Shown one piece after another: positions 28,864-38,458 of a DNA stretch of 64,000 nucleotides. Below the pieces are notes generated by a model that was not told where the DNA came from, searched no databases, and worked only from the letters and a program-made list of their open reading frames with translations. The number at the start of each line of letters is the position of its first letter. Position 1 is the first letter of the stretch. The position numbers and the translations under genes are program-made. Source of the DNA: Spirochaetia bacterium (GTDB lineage Bacteria > Spirochaetota > Spirochaetia > SZUA-6 > Bin103); assembly GCA_965203905.1 (NCBI GenBank), contig CBDBDQ010000005.1, forward strand, positions 3,328,001 to 3,392,000, in the 5' to 3' direction.

Positions 28864-30288
28864 CTACCCGTGCCCCGGGAAGGGCTCGAACGAGCGCCGG
28901 CCGCGGTTGCGGCGGTCCGCGAAGTCGATCTGGCCCTTGCCGGTAACGGGGAGCCGCGAGCCGTCCTGCGCCGGGTCGACGTAGCGGCAGAACCACTCAT
29001 CGAGGCCGTACCGGAGCCGCTCCAGCTCGGCGGCGCACGCGGGGTCGTCGATCCGGTTGCTGACTTCGCCGGGGTCCTGCTGCAGATCGTAGAGTTCGTG
29101 CGGCCCGAACGGGAAGCGGTGCACGTACTTCCAGCGCCGCTCCCGGATCATGCGCACCGGGCCGTACTCATCACACACCACCACTTCTTCGTGGCCGCCC
29201 GAGGCGCCTCTCAGGAGCGGGGCGAAGCTCCTGCCCGGCAGCAGTTCGGTCTCCGGCTGGCCCACGCCCGCCATCTCGAGGATCGTCGGCAGCACATCGT
29301 AGTGGCTCACCAGGCTGTCGCTGACCGCGCCGGCGGGTACGGTGCCGGGCAGGCGGGCGAGGAACGGGACCTTCACCGCCTCCTCGTACATGTTGAGCGG
29401 GAAGGTGCCGTTGCCCTTGCCGTGGATGCCGTGGTGGCCGAGGCTGTAGCCGTTGTCGCTGGTGAACAGAAGCAGCGTGTTGTCCGCAATGCCGAGTTGG
29501 TCGAGCCTGGCCAGCAGCCGTGCCACGTTGCGGTCCATCGCCGTGATGGTGGTGAAGTAGCCCTCGATCGTATCGCGCCGCTGTTCGAGAGTGGGATTCC
29601 ACCCGTTCCAGGGATGGGGGGCGAGCACCGGCAGCGATGGGAACTCCCGCTTCTCGTACTCGGCCCAGATCTCCTCGGGCTGCTCGTCGCGATGCCACGG
29701 CGCGTGCGGGGCGGTGTAGTGCACGCTCAGGCAGAAGGGGCGGTCCCCTGTTCCGTGGCGGTCGAGAAAGGCCAGCGCCCGGTCGGTGAACAGGTCGGTG
29801 ACGTACTCCTCGCGCCGGGTCATCCCGGGCTCGTCGTCGAAGAGGAAGTAGCCGGTGTAGCGGTCGCCGCCGAGGGAGTGGGCGCACCAGTATTCATGGC
29901 CCTTCTGCGGTATTGCGCTGGCCCCGAGGTGCCACTTGCCGGACAGGCCGCAGACGTAGCCAGCCCCCGCGAGGTGGTCGGTGAAGCCCTGCAAGCCCGC
30001 GAGGTATTCGCGCGGGCGGTCGCGGCCACACCACGTCACCCCGTCCTCGACGTCGATGTTGCCGCTCTTGAGCCAGTCGTGCACGCCGTGGGCCGACGGC
30101 ATGCGCCCGGTCAGGAAGGTCGCCCGCGCCGGCGAACAGACCGGCGAGGCGCAGAAGAAGTTGCTGAACCTCATGCCTTCGGCAGCGATCCGGTCGAGGG
30201 TGGGCGTGTCGAGCTCCGGGGTGCCCGCGCATCCCATCGCCCACGGCCCCTGATCGTCGGTCATGATGATGAGCAGATTCGGTCGCAT
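28864..30288 (-). CDS. Sulfatase (Cys-type)
   Basis: RPNLLIIMTDDQ, CSPAR, GKWHLG, SDNG and ELYDL..DPGE motifs. Confidence 0.93.
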   Translation of the reverse strand: MRPNLLIIMTDDQGPWAMGCAGTPELDTPTLDRIAAEGMRFSNFFCASPVCSPARATFLTGRMPSAHGVHDWLKSGNIDVEDGVTWCGRDRPREYLAGLQGFTDHLAGAGYVCGLSGKWHLGASAIPQKGHEYWCAHSLGGDRYTGYFLFDDEPGMTRREEYVTDLFTDRALAFLDRHGTGDRPFCLSVHYTAPHAPWHRDEQPEEIWAEYEKREFPSLPVLAPHPWNGWNPTLEQRRDTIEGYFTTITAMDRNVARLLARLDQLGIADNTLLLFTSDNGYSLGHHGIHGKGNGTFPLNMYEEAVKVPFLARLPGTVPAGAVSDSLVSHYDVLPTILEMAGVGQPETELLPGRSFAPLLRGASGGHEEVVVCDEYGPVRMIRERRWKYVHRFPFGPHELYDLQQDPGEVSNRIDDPACAAELERLRYGLDEWFCRYVDPAQDGSRLPVTGKGQIDFADRRNRGRRSFEPFPGHG

Positions 30289-30439
30289 CCGGCCTCCTGC
30301 ATCCCATTGTTCAACGAATCGCGTGCCCACCAACCCACGGGCGGTTCCGGAGTCCTGTCTCGTTCCTGCCGGGTGACCGCTTTCTTCGTCACCTGCACCC
30401 GCAAGACGCGCTTTCACCACGCGGCTACACTCACGGCCG

Positions 30440-31255
30440 ATGAGATTCAGCAGGCAGCAGATCGAGCGCTTCCGGCGCGACGGCTACCTGGCGGTGCCGG
30501 GCTTCTACGGCGCGGGCGAAGTGGCCGCGCTGCAGGCCGAGGTGGAGCGCTTCCGGCGCGAGGGGCTGGTGCACAACGTGGCTACCGACGGCGACGGCAA
30601 GACCCATTCCACCACCAAGGCGAACCTCCAGCTCATCCCGCTGTTCGACAAGAGCGACCTGGTGCGGGCGCTGCCGTTCGACGCCAAGGTGGTGGAGGCG
30701 GTGGGCCAACTGATCGGCGACCCGTTCCTGCTGCACCTGGACCAGATGTTCCTCAAGCCGGCCCGCCACGGGGCCGGCACGGCCTGGCACCAGGACAACG
30801 CCTACTTCAAGATCGCCGATCCCCTGCGCGGCACGGCGATGTGGATCGCCATTCACGATGCCACCGTCGCCAACGGCACCCTGCACCTGATCCCCGGCAG
30901 CCACCGCGAGCGCTACGAGCACCGCCGCGACCCCGACTCCGACCATCACATCCGCGCCTGGCCGCCCGAGGAACGGGCCGAGCCGATCGAGCTGGAAGCC
31001 GGCGGCGTCGCCTTCTTCTGCTACGGCACCGCCCACTGCACGCGGGCCAACACCACCGACCGCGAACGGGCCGGCATGGCGTTCCACTTTCTGCACGCCG
31101 ACTACGCGGCCTCCCGCCTGGTCGAGGGCGACCGCCGCACCCGGCCCTACGTCACCGGCCCCCGCGCCACCGGCGGCAGGGCGGAGTACGGTGTCGAGGT
31201 CGCCGGCACCTGGGAAAGCGAAGTGCAGCGCGTGAACCGCTCCGTGCGCGGCTGA
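30440..31255 (+). CDS. Phytanoyl-CoA dioxygenase (PhyH) family protein
   Basis: F..DGYL, WHQDNAY, WIAI.DAT..NG.L..IPGSH and distal H...N.T...R. Confidence 0.9.
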   Translation: MRFSRQQIERFRRDGYLAVPGFYGAGEVAALQAEVERFRREGLVHNVATDGDGKTHSTTKANLQLIPLFDKSDLVRALPFDAKVVEAVGQLIGDPFLLHLDQMFLKPARHGAGTAWHQDNAYFKIADPLRGTAMWIAIHDATVANGTLHLIPGSHRERYEHRRDPDSDHHIRAWPPEERAEPIELEAGGVAFFCYGTAHCTRANTTDRERAGMAFHFLHADYAASRLVEGDRRTRPYVTGPRATGGRAEYGVEVAGTWESEVQRVNRSVRG

Positions 31256-31384
31256 GGGGCAACCAGGTCCCTCGTATCCCGGTCGTCGGCGCTCGCATGT
31301 CCCGCCCAGAGTGTTTCTGATCTGGGGTAGTTTCGCTGCGTGGCGTTGCTGCAAGGTGATGATTGATACTGTCTGGTCATCGGT

Positions 31385-31540
31385 ACTTCGTAACTCCATC
31401 GCCTCGGCAAGCATCCGCTGTGCACGCTGACGCGCTATCTCTTCCAGAACCGATCCAGGCCTTGCGCCTCGATCGTCCTGACCGTATCGTCCTCCACGAG
31501 CGTACTCCTCCTGATTCGTGTGTGAATCGTTCTTCGGAGG
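31385..31540 (-). mobile_element. IS256-family transposase N-terminal remnant
   Basis: SD AGGAGGAG, GTG at 31497 reading MEDDTVR, then a shifted frame reading SVLEEIARQRAQRMLAEAMEL. Resembles IS256 N-termini and is truncated. Confidence 0.55.
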
Positions 31541-31550
31541 ATGCGCTCTT

Positions 31551-31634
31551 TTCATCTCCATCCACGGCGGCGCGGCCATCGACGTGGTGCCGGCCTGGAG
31601 GTTCCTGCTCGACACCGACCCCATCGCCGGCTGA
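31551..31634 (+). pseudogene. C-terminal scrap of an AAA_14/DUF4143-type protein
   Basis: Reads ...AIDVVPAWRFLLDTDPIAG*, the typical I.VVPAW..LL ending of this family. Confidence 0.5.
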
Positions 31635-31756
31635 GCCACACCCGCGCATCAGGACCGGCCGACCGTCACTGTCTCCAGCCAGTCGTCGTCGATGTCGAGC
31701 CGACTATCCTGCCTAGCTGCTGTCGCTGGCAACGAACGCACAATTCGCGTTATATT

Positions 31757-31774
31757 AGCATCGTAAAAGATGCT
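31757..31774. promoter_or_regulatory. Putative TA autoregulatory operator
   Basis: Inverted repeat AGCATC-N6-GATGCT next to a TATATT box, just upstream of the antitoxin gene. Confidence 0.5.
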
Positions 31775-31787
31775 CTTAGGGGTTGCT

Positions 31788-32072
31788 ATGGACATCACCG
31801 AGGATATTCGACCGCTCACGGAATTCAAGCGGGACACGGCGCGCTTCGTAGCTCGCCTGAAGGATACGCGACGACCGTCCGTGTTGACGGTGAACGGCAG
31901 ACCCGAACTGGTGGTCATGGATGCCCAGGCGTGGCAGGACGTTCAGGATCTGCTCGACTACGCCGGCGCGGTTGCTGGCATTCGCCAGGGGCTGGAACAG
32001 GTACGCGCTGGCCGTGGTGTTAGCGCGTCCGCCTTCTTCGAGGAGCTTGCAGCGCAAACCGCGGAACCGTGA
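31788..32072 (+). CDS. Phd/YefM family antitoxin
   Basis: DIRPLTEFKR..P.VLTVNG...LVVMD; overlaps the toxin gene. Confidence 0.88.
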   Translation: MDITEDIRPLTEFKRDTARFVARLKDTRRPSVLTVNGRPELVVMDAQAWQDVQDLLDYAGAVAGIRQGLEQVRAGRGVSASAFFEELAAQTAEP

Positions 32073-32380
32073 TGCGGCGCTACAGTGTCGTCGTCACTCC
32101 TTTCGCCGCAGCCAACATCCGGGAAGCGCACGCATGGTTGTCGGCGAAGAACCCGGTCTACGCCGACCGCTGGCTCGCGGCCATCCGAGAGAAGATCCTG
32201 AGCCTCGCTACGCTTCCGGAGTCGCACGCGGTGGCCCTGGAGAGCGCTGCCTTCGACGTCGAGATCCGGCAGGTGCTGGTAGGCCGGGGCACGCCCTGGA
32301 AGGTGTTCTTCACGGTCCAGGGATCGACGGTTCACGTGCTTCACGTTCGCCACGGCGGTCGTGACACCTGGATGCCCTGA
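32069..32380 (+). CDS. RelE/ParE family toxin
   Basis: Y.VVVTP.A...I, I.SL..LPE and terminal VHVLHVRHG motifs. Confidence 0.85.
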   Translation: MMRRYSVVVTPFAAANIREAHAWLSAKNPVYADRWLAAIREKILSLATLPESHAVALESAAFDVEIRQVLVGRGTPWKVFFTVQGSTVHVLHVRHGGRDTWMP

Positions 32381-32439
32381 CGCTTCGTGCGGGGGCGGCC
32401 GGCGGCAAGGCGTGCGCCGCTACGGTCAGGCAGGTCAGG

Positions 32440-33212
32440 TGCTGTTGGCCTCGCCGCTGCTGTGGGCGAGTCCCGCCAAGGAGAGCGGCATGGCTGCCGA
32501 CGGGAAGCTCACTTTGTGGTTCATGAAGACCGACAACGGTCGCCCGCTGCCCGCGGAAGTGGACATGAACGACAATCCGTGGACCCGCGTCCTCGCGGAG
32601 GGGCTGCCCGATATCGACATCACCTGGCTGCTGATCCCGGAGGAGACGTTCGCGGAGCAGAAGAACATCATGATCGCCGCCGGCGACATCCCCGACATGT
32701 TCCCGGTCTCCCATAAAGAGATGCCGAAGTGGGCGGACAACGGGCTGTTGCCTCCGCTGGACGATCTGGTGGCCGAGCACTACCCCGACCAGAGTGAGTT
32801 CTTCGACCAGGACACCTGGGAACGGGCGTTCCACTCGTTCGCCTCCTACCAGGGTCAGCAGTACCGTCTGCTGGTGCCGCAGAACAGCCACCGCACCCAT
32901 CAGGTGCTGCTGCTGCGCAAGGACTGGCTGGACAAGCTGGGCCTGCAGGTGCCGGACACCCTGGACGAGTTGATGACGGTGATGAAGGCATTCACCTTCG
33001 ACGATCCCGACGGCAACGGCGAGAACGACACCGTCGGCTTCACCGGTTACCGCGAACTGGGGCGCATGAACCCGTTCCTCAACCCGTTCGGCGTGGAGGA
33101 CGACCGCGGCAACCTGCACTGGTCGACGGTGGACGGGCAGATCGTGCCCGACTTCATTCGCCCGGAGATGAAGCAGGCGCTCGCCTACGTGCGCGAGACG
33201 TTCGAGTCGGGG
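32440..33212 (+). pseudogene. Truncated family-1 solute-binding protein
   Basis: IAAGDIPD, RKDWLDKLGL.VP.TLDE and AF..DDPDGNG motifs; lacks a start and the C-terminal half. Confidence 0.75.
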
Positions 33213-33213
33213 G

Positions 33214-34241
33214 GTGTACGACAAGGAGAACCCGGAGCTGTACGAGGCGGCGATGATCGACGGAGCCGGCCGCGTGCGCAAGATGCGCAGCATCACGCTG
33301 CCCTCGATCTCCATCGCCATCACCATCCTGTTCCTGCTGCGCATCGGCAAGGCGATGCAGTCCAACTTCGACCAGATCTTCGTGCTCTACAGCCCGAGCG
33401 TGTACTCCACCGGTGACGTGATCAGCACCTACGTCTACCGCGAGGGGCTGGGTGCGGGCGAGTTCAGCTACTCGACCGCGGTGGGGCTGTTCGAGTCGCT
33501 GGTGGGATTCGGGCTGCTGGTGACCGCGAACTGGGTCACGCGCCGCATCACGGGGAACACCCTGGTGCGCTCGCTCAGCGCCAACTCGGCGATCCTGAGC
33601 GGCCGGGTGTACCTGTGGCCGGTGGGGCTCAATCTCGAGGGCTACCAGACGCTGTTCCGCGATGCGCTGTTCTTCGTCAGCCTGCGCAACACGCTGTTCA
33701 CCACCACCGTCGGCACCGCCCTCCGGCTGGCGGTCACGCTGCTGGCCGGCTATGCCTTCTCCAAGAACAACCTGGTGGGACGCAAGGCGCTGTTCCTGGT
33801 GTTCCTGTTGACCATGTTCTTCGAAGGCGGCATCGTGCCCACCTTCATCATCGTGCGCAACCTGGGCCTGTACGACACGCTGTGGGCGCTGGTGCTGATC
33901 GAGGCCGCCAAGGTTTCTACATGATCCTGGCGATGAGCTTTTTTAGACAAGTACCGGAGTCGATCGAGGAGTCGGCGATCATTGACGGGGCCGGCTACGA
34001 GGTGGTGTTCCTGCGCATCGTGCTGCCGATGTCGAAGGCCCTGATCGCCACCCTGATCATCTTCAGCACCGTGGACCTGTGGAACCAGTTCCGCGAGGCG
34101 ATCATCTACATCCGCGAGTCGAAGCACTACACCCTGCAGGTCTACGTCCGCATCAAGGTTTTTTTGGAAGAGATGATCCAGCGTGAATCCTTCCAGCGCT
34201 ACTTCATCAAGGGCGCCACCCTCGGCGCCGTCAAGTCGTGA
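33214..34241 (+). pseudogene. Fused fragments of two carbohydrate ABC permeases (LplB/LplC-like)
   Basis: Permease-1 C-terminus (PELYEAAMIDGA..GLFES) joins the interior of permease 2 (GRVYLWP..ESAIIDGA..QRYFIKG). Frameshift near 33915 and a further internal deletion. Confidence 0.75.
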
Positions 34242-34373
34242 CGTGGACCTCATGGGTGGTCCGCTTCACGGCGGCGCCTTGCGAGCCTGCCGCGAACGGC
34301 GGCAGTCCTACAAGGCTACCAAGACCAACACAATACCAGGGAGCGATACGCGGAATCCCGGTAGTGCCAAGGG

Positions 34374-35111
34374 TCAACCGGGCCCACTGTTCTGCGCCAG
34401 TCGGTCGACGAACCGACGATGTTCGGGAGAGCCGATGCCCTTGTTCAACACCGCCAATGCACCGGCGACATCCCCGTTCAGCAACTCACCGACAGCGACC
34501 CGCAGGCCGGGGAAGACCTGGCTCCGGACAACCCCATCCGCGTCGGGGGACAACGGCTGGTACTCGCCATCCGTCAACTGGAACCAGTCGATACGTCGCT
34601 CCTGCGTGCGCCAGACGACGTACTCTCGCACGCCGTTGCGCCGATAGGCGTGCAGCTTGGCGTGCAGGTCGATCGACGCGCTGCTCGCGGCGATCTCGAC
34701 GATCAGTTCCGGTGCTGCCTCGAGGTAGCCGTCGTCGCTCACGCGCGACTGGCCGCCGGCGTGTGGTTCGAGGCGCAACAGCACATCCGGCTGAGGTTCG
34801 TTGTCGAGATCAAGGCGAACGGTGGCGTTGTCGGCTCCGCGTACCCCAGCGGTAAAAGCGGCGTAAACGAGAAGCAAGGCGTTTATCGCCAAGTGTGGTT
34901 CCGCGTGGGACAGGCTGACCGGCGATGGCATGAAGACAACTCCCTCGATCAATTCTGCCTTCTTGATATCCGGACGTACGGCGTATCGGCGCTCGAATTC
35001 GGGTCGCGTAAGCCGGTCACCGTTCTCCAGGGCCGGTACGCGTGCAACAGCCGATGGACCTCGTGCCCTGTCGGGAGCGTCAGTTACGGCAGACACGTCG
35101 AACTCAGCCAC
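34374..35111 (-). CDS. Uma2 (DUF820) family endonuclease
   Basis: LENGDRL...EF, KAELIEG.V, EPQPD, PEL.VEIA.SS and K..AY.RNGVREY motifs. Confidence 0.92.
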   Translation of the reverse strand: MAEFDVSAVTDAPDRARGPSAVARVPALENGDRLTRPEFERRYAVRPDIKKAELIEGVVFMPSPVSLSHAEPHLAINALLLVYAAFTAGVRGADNATVRLDLDNEPQPDVLLRLEPHAGGQSRVSDDGYLEAAPELIVEIAASSASIDLHAKLHAYRRNGVREYVVWRTQERRIDWFQLTDGEYQPLSPDADGVVRSQVFPGLRVAVGELLNGDVAGALAVLNKGIGSPEHRRFVDRLAQNSGPG

Positions 35112-35481
35112 TTCCCGGAATCAATTCGGCGTTCTCAGATTCCATATGGACGTTCTCCTGTAGTTCGGAAGTTGATCCAGCCCGCGGCTTGGGTAGTGGA
35201 ATCATTGCGTAAAGAAGTGTTAGCGCGATTGGGTGAGCACGTCAAGATCGTCAAGCTTGCTTAGCTTGCTTGCGCCGCTGACTCGGGCCTCATGAGCTGC
35301 GCCTGCCTGCGGCACGTCGAAGTGATCCGAGTCGGCGGCAGTACGCCGTACGGACCGCTTCCCGGTGCCAGTCCTCCGCAGATCGAGAGACAGCGCCGCA
35401 CGGCGCAGCGCATCGGACTGGCAGGCGGTTCGGTATGCACGCTACCATACGGTACACTTCGAGGACGGAGGGAAGGGAGCC

Positions 35482-36864
35482 GTGGCGGATGAGATTCGGG
35501 CGCTGGCGCTGACCGGCATGCTCGGTTCCGGGTTTCACGAGAGCAGCCTCGAGCGGGCGCTGAGCTGGGAGCCGGATTTCATCGGCTGCGACGCCGGCTC
35601 CACCGACAGCGGGCCGGGGAGCCTCGGCAGCGGAGTGCCGGCGCAGCCGCGGCAGGGGATCAAGCGCGACCTGCGCCTCGGGCTGCTGGCGGCGGTGCAG
35701 CGCAGGATTCCGCTGCTGGTGGGGTCGGCCGGCTCCGGCGGTGGCGACGCCAACCTGGCGGTGGTGGTGGAGGTGGCGCGGGAGATCGCCCGCGAGGAGG
35801 GGCTGCACTTCCGGCTGGCGGTGATCCGTGCCGAGCAGGACAGGGAGTATCTCAAGCGCAAGCTGGCGGAGGGGACGGATCCGGCCGCTGGCGCTGGAGA
35901 CGCCGCTCGACGACGCGATCATCGACCGCAGCGAGCACGTCGTCGGCATGATGGGCCCGGAGCCGTCACCCGCGCGCTGGAGGCGGGCGCCGAGGTGGTG
36001 ATCGCCGGCCGCTCCAGCGACACTTCGATGTTCGCCGCCATTCCGCTGCAGCGCGGCTTCCCGCCGGGGCCGGCGTGGCACGCCGCCAAGATCCTGGAAT
36101 GCGGCGCCGCCTGCGTCGCCTACCGCACCCGGGGGCCGGACTGCATGTTCGCGCGCACCGGCGGCGAAGGCTTCGTGATGGTGCCGCCGCACCCGGAGTA
36201 CGCCTGCACGCCCGTCAGCATCGCCGCCCACACCTTCTACGAGACCGGCAGCCCTACCCATCTCCCCGAGCCGGGCGGGACCCTGGACACCAGCGGCGCC
36301 GCCTACGAGGCGCTGGATCCGCGCACGGTGCGGGTCACCGGCAGCGCCTTCCGGCCGGCGCAGCGCTACACCGTCAAGCTGGAGGGGGCGGAGAGCCTGG
36401 GCTACCAGTCGCTGTGCATCGCCGGGGTGCGCGATCCGGTGGTGCTCGCCCACCTCGACCGGTGGCTGGAGCTGCTGCATGACAAGGTGCGCAGCCGCGT
36501 GCGGCACCTGTACGGGGACGAGGTGGCGGCGGACGGCTACCACTTTCACGTGCACGCGTACGGCCGCGACGGGGTGCTGGGGGCTATCGAACCGCTACGC
36601 GCACAGCCCGGCCACGAGTTGGCCCTGGTGCTGGAGACCACGGCGCCGACCCAGGAGATGGCCAACGAGATTACCGCGGCGGCGGCGCAGGGCGGGCTGC
36701 ACCTGGCGGTGCCGGGGCTGCAGGACAGCACGGTGTCCAACTTCGCCTTTCCCTACAGCCCGCGCCACATCCCGCGCGGCAAGGTGTTCCGCTTCAACCT
36801 CAACCACCTGGTCGAGCCCGCCGATCCGTGCGAGATGTTCCCCATGGAGCTCGTGGAGCTGTGA
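35482..36864 (+). CDS. Acyclic terpene utilisation AtuA (DUF1446) family protein, with compensating frameshift pair at ~35873 and ~35966
   Basis: GMLGSGF, DAGSTDSGP, GRSSD, WHAAKILECG and AAHTFYE motifs. Confidence 0.85.
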   Translation: MADEIRALALTGMLGSGFHESSLERALSWEPDFIGCDAGSTDSGPGSLGSGVPAQPRQGIKRDLRLGLLAAVQRRIPLLVGSAGSGGGDANLAVVVEVAREIAREEGLHFRLAVIRAEQDREYLKRKLAEGTDPAAGAGDAARRRDHRPQRARRRHDGPGAVTRALEAGAEVVIAGRSSDTSMFAAIPLQRGFPPGPAWHAAKILECGAACVAYRTRGPDCMFARTGGEGFVMVPPHPEYACTPVSIAAHTFYETGSPTHLPEPGGTLDTSGAAYEALDPRTVRVTGSAFRPAQRYTVKLEGAESLGYQSLCIAGVRDPVVLAHLDRWLELLHDKVRSRVRHLYGDEVAADGYHFHVHAYGRDGVLGAIEPLRAQPGHELALVLETTAPTQEMANEITAAAAQGGLHLAVPGLQDSTVSNFAFPYSPRHIPRGKVFRFNLNHLVEPADPCEMFPMELVEL

Positions 36865-37166
36865 AGCTGTCGCAACTGGCGAGCCTGATCAGGAGCAAGA
36901 ACGCCGGACCGTTCGCGCTCACCTTCGACTTCATGTTCGAGGAGGACGCCGCCTACCGACGGGTGCGCGACTCGGGCGTGCTGAACCGCGAGCTGTTCTC
37001 CCGCGTCTACGGAACGGCGCCGGAAGCGGTCGAGGTGTACCACGTCGACGCCGCGCACGGCATCAAGGTCACCATCCCCCGGCCGGTGGCGCAGGGCGAC
37101 CTGAAGGAGGCCGATCAGCTCGGCGGCCAGCAGTTCTGCGCCCTGGGCGAGCTGGAGATTCCCTGA
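36861..37166 (+). CDS. DUF4387 family protein
   Basis: LA..IRSKNAGPF.LTFD and D..GGQQ motifs; usual AtuA partner with overlapping start/stop. Confidence 0.88.
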   Translation: MKLSQLASLIRSKNAGPFALTFDFMFEEDAAYRRVRDSGVLNRELFSRVYGTAPEAVEVYHVDAAHGIKVTIPRPVAQGDLKEADQLGGQQFCALGELEIP

Positions 37167-37167
37167 C

Positions 37168-38444
37168 GTGAGCCGCAAAGGTATTCGAGCGCGGCCCTGG
37201 CTGATCCTCTGACCCCCGCTCCCGGTTCGACCCTGGAACAGGAGCGCTCCGCCACTTGGCTGGAGCTCTTCTTCGACCTGATCTTCGTGATCAACGTCGC
37301 CGGCCTCACCCATCACCTGGTGGCCCATCCCGGCGTGCACGCGCTGGGCCAGGTGGCGGTGCTGTACGTGCCGCTGTTCCTGTTGTGGGCCGGTCACACC
37401 ACCTATGCCACCCGCTTCGACGACGGCAGCACCCTGCAGACCATCCTTACGCTGCTGCTGATGTTCATGCTGGCGGGGTCGGCGGTGTTCGTGCAGTCGG
37501 GGATGGATCCGCACGCGCCTACCTTTGCCCGCGCCCAGGCAGGGGCGCGCCTGGTGCTGGTGCTGCTCTACCTGGAGGCGTTCGTCCGGGTGCCGGCGGC
37601 ACGCCGCTTCAGCGGGCTGCTGTTGGCCGCGTTCGCGCTCTCGGCGCTGGCCTGGGGCGCACACGGACTGGTGCCGGACACGTGGCGCACGTGGCTGTAC
37701 GTCGCCGCCGTGGCGCTGGAGTTGCTGGTGCCGCTGCTGGCCGCGTCCGGTTTCGGGCGCTGGCCGGCACATCCGAGCCACCTGCCGGAGCGGCTGGGAC
37801 TGTTCACCATCATCGTGCTCGGCGAGGCGGTGCTGGGCATCGTGGTCGGCGCGGTGCATCTGGCCGGGAGTGCGCCGGCGCGGCTGGCCGTGACCATGGG
37901 CTTCGCGCTGCCGGTCGGCATCTGGTGGTTCTACTTCCGTTTGCTCGACCGCACCGAGCTGCGCCCGCGCGTAGGCGGCGGCCAGTTGCTGACCTACCTG
38001 CACCTGCCGATGACATTCGCGGTGGTGGTGATGGCCGCGGCGGTGGAGGTGAGCCTGTCCGGGTTCACCGCCGCGCAACCGGACGGCGGCGGCGTCGGCC
38101 TGTTGGAAGCCGCACGACACATCATGGCCGGCGGCGCGGGCCGGGGGACGGGTCCCGACCTGCCGGGCGCGCGGCTGCTGTTCGGCGGCCTGGCGCTGTG
38201 GCTGGCCTGCTTCCTGGCACTGCGCATAGTAGTGGTCGGACTGCGCCGCCTTGGCGCCGCGGGCTGGGCCACCGCCGGCGTGGTCGCCGCCCTGGCGCTG
38301 GGCGCGGTCCTGCTCGGCCCGGTGCGGGCCACGGAGCTGTTCATCTTCGCCGGCTCACTGCTGCTGGCCCTGGCCGCCCTCGGCACCTTGCTCAAGGAAC
38401 TGCACCAGCGCCGCACCGCCTCCCGGAAGCAGTGTCGATCGTAG
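37168..38444 (+). CDS. Low temperature requirement protein A (LtrA) family membrane protein, probable frameshift near the start
   Basis: ATWLELFFDLIFV, RFD, HLPERLGLFTIIVLGE and YLHLP motifs. The conserved N-terminal motif lies upstream of the first in-frame start (37287); the GTG at 37168 is one base out of frame. Confidence 0.8.
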
Positions 38445-38458
38445 CTGTCGGACCGCCG

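Noticed and set aside
34242-35480. Flanking duplication around the second Uma2 gene (also sought at 41770-42417)
   Set aside because: Only ~10-bp matches seen; not convincing by eye.
28430-37190. Programmed frameshifting or phase variation at the FG-GAP, permease and LtrA indels
   Set aside because: No long slippery tracts; short-homopolymer sequencing errors or decay are more parsimonious.
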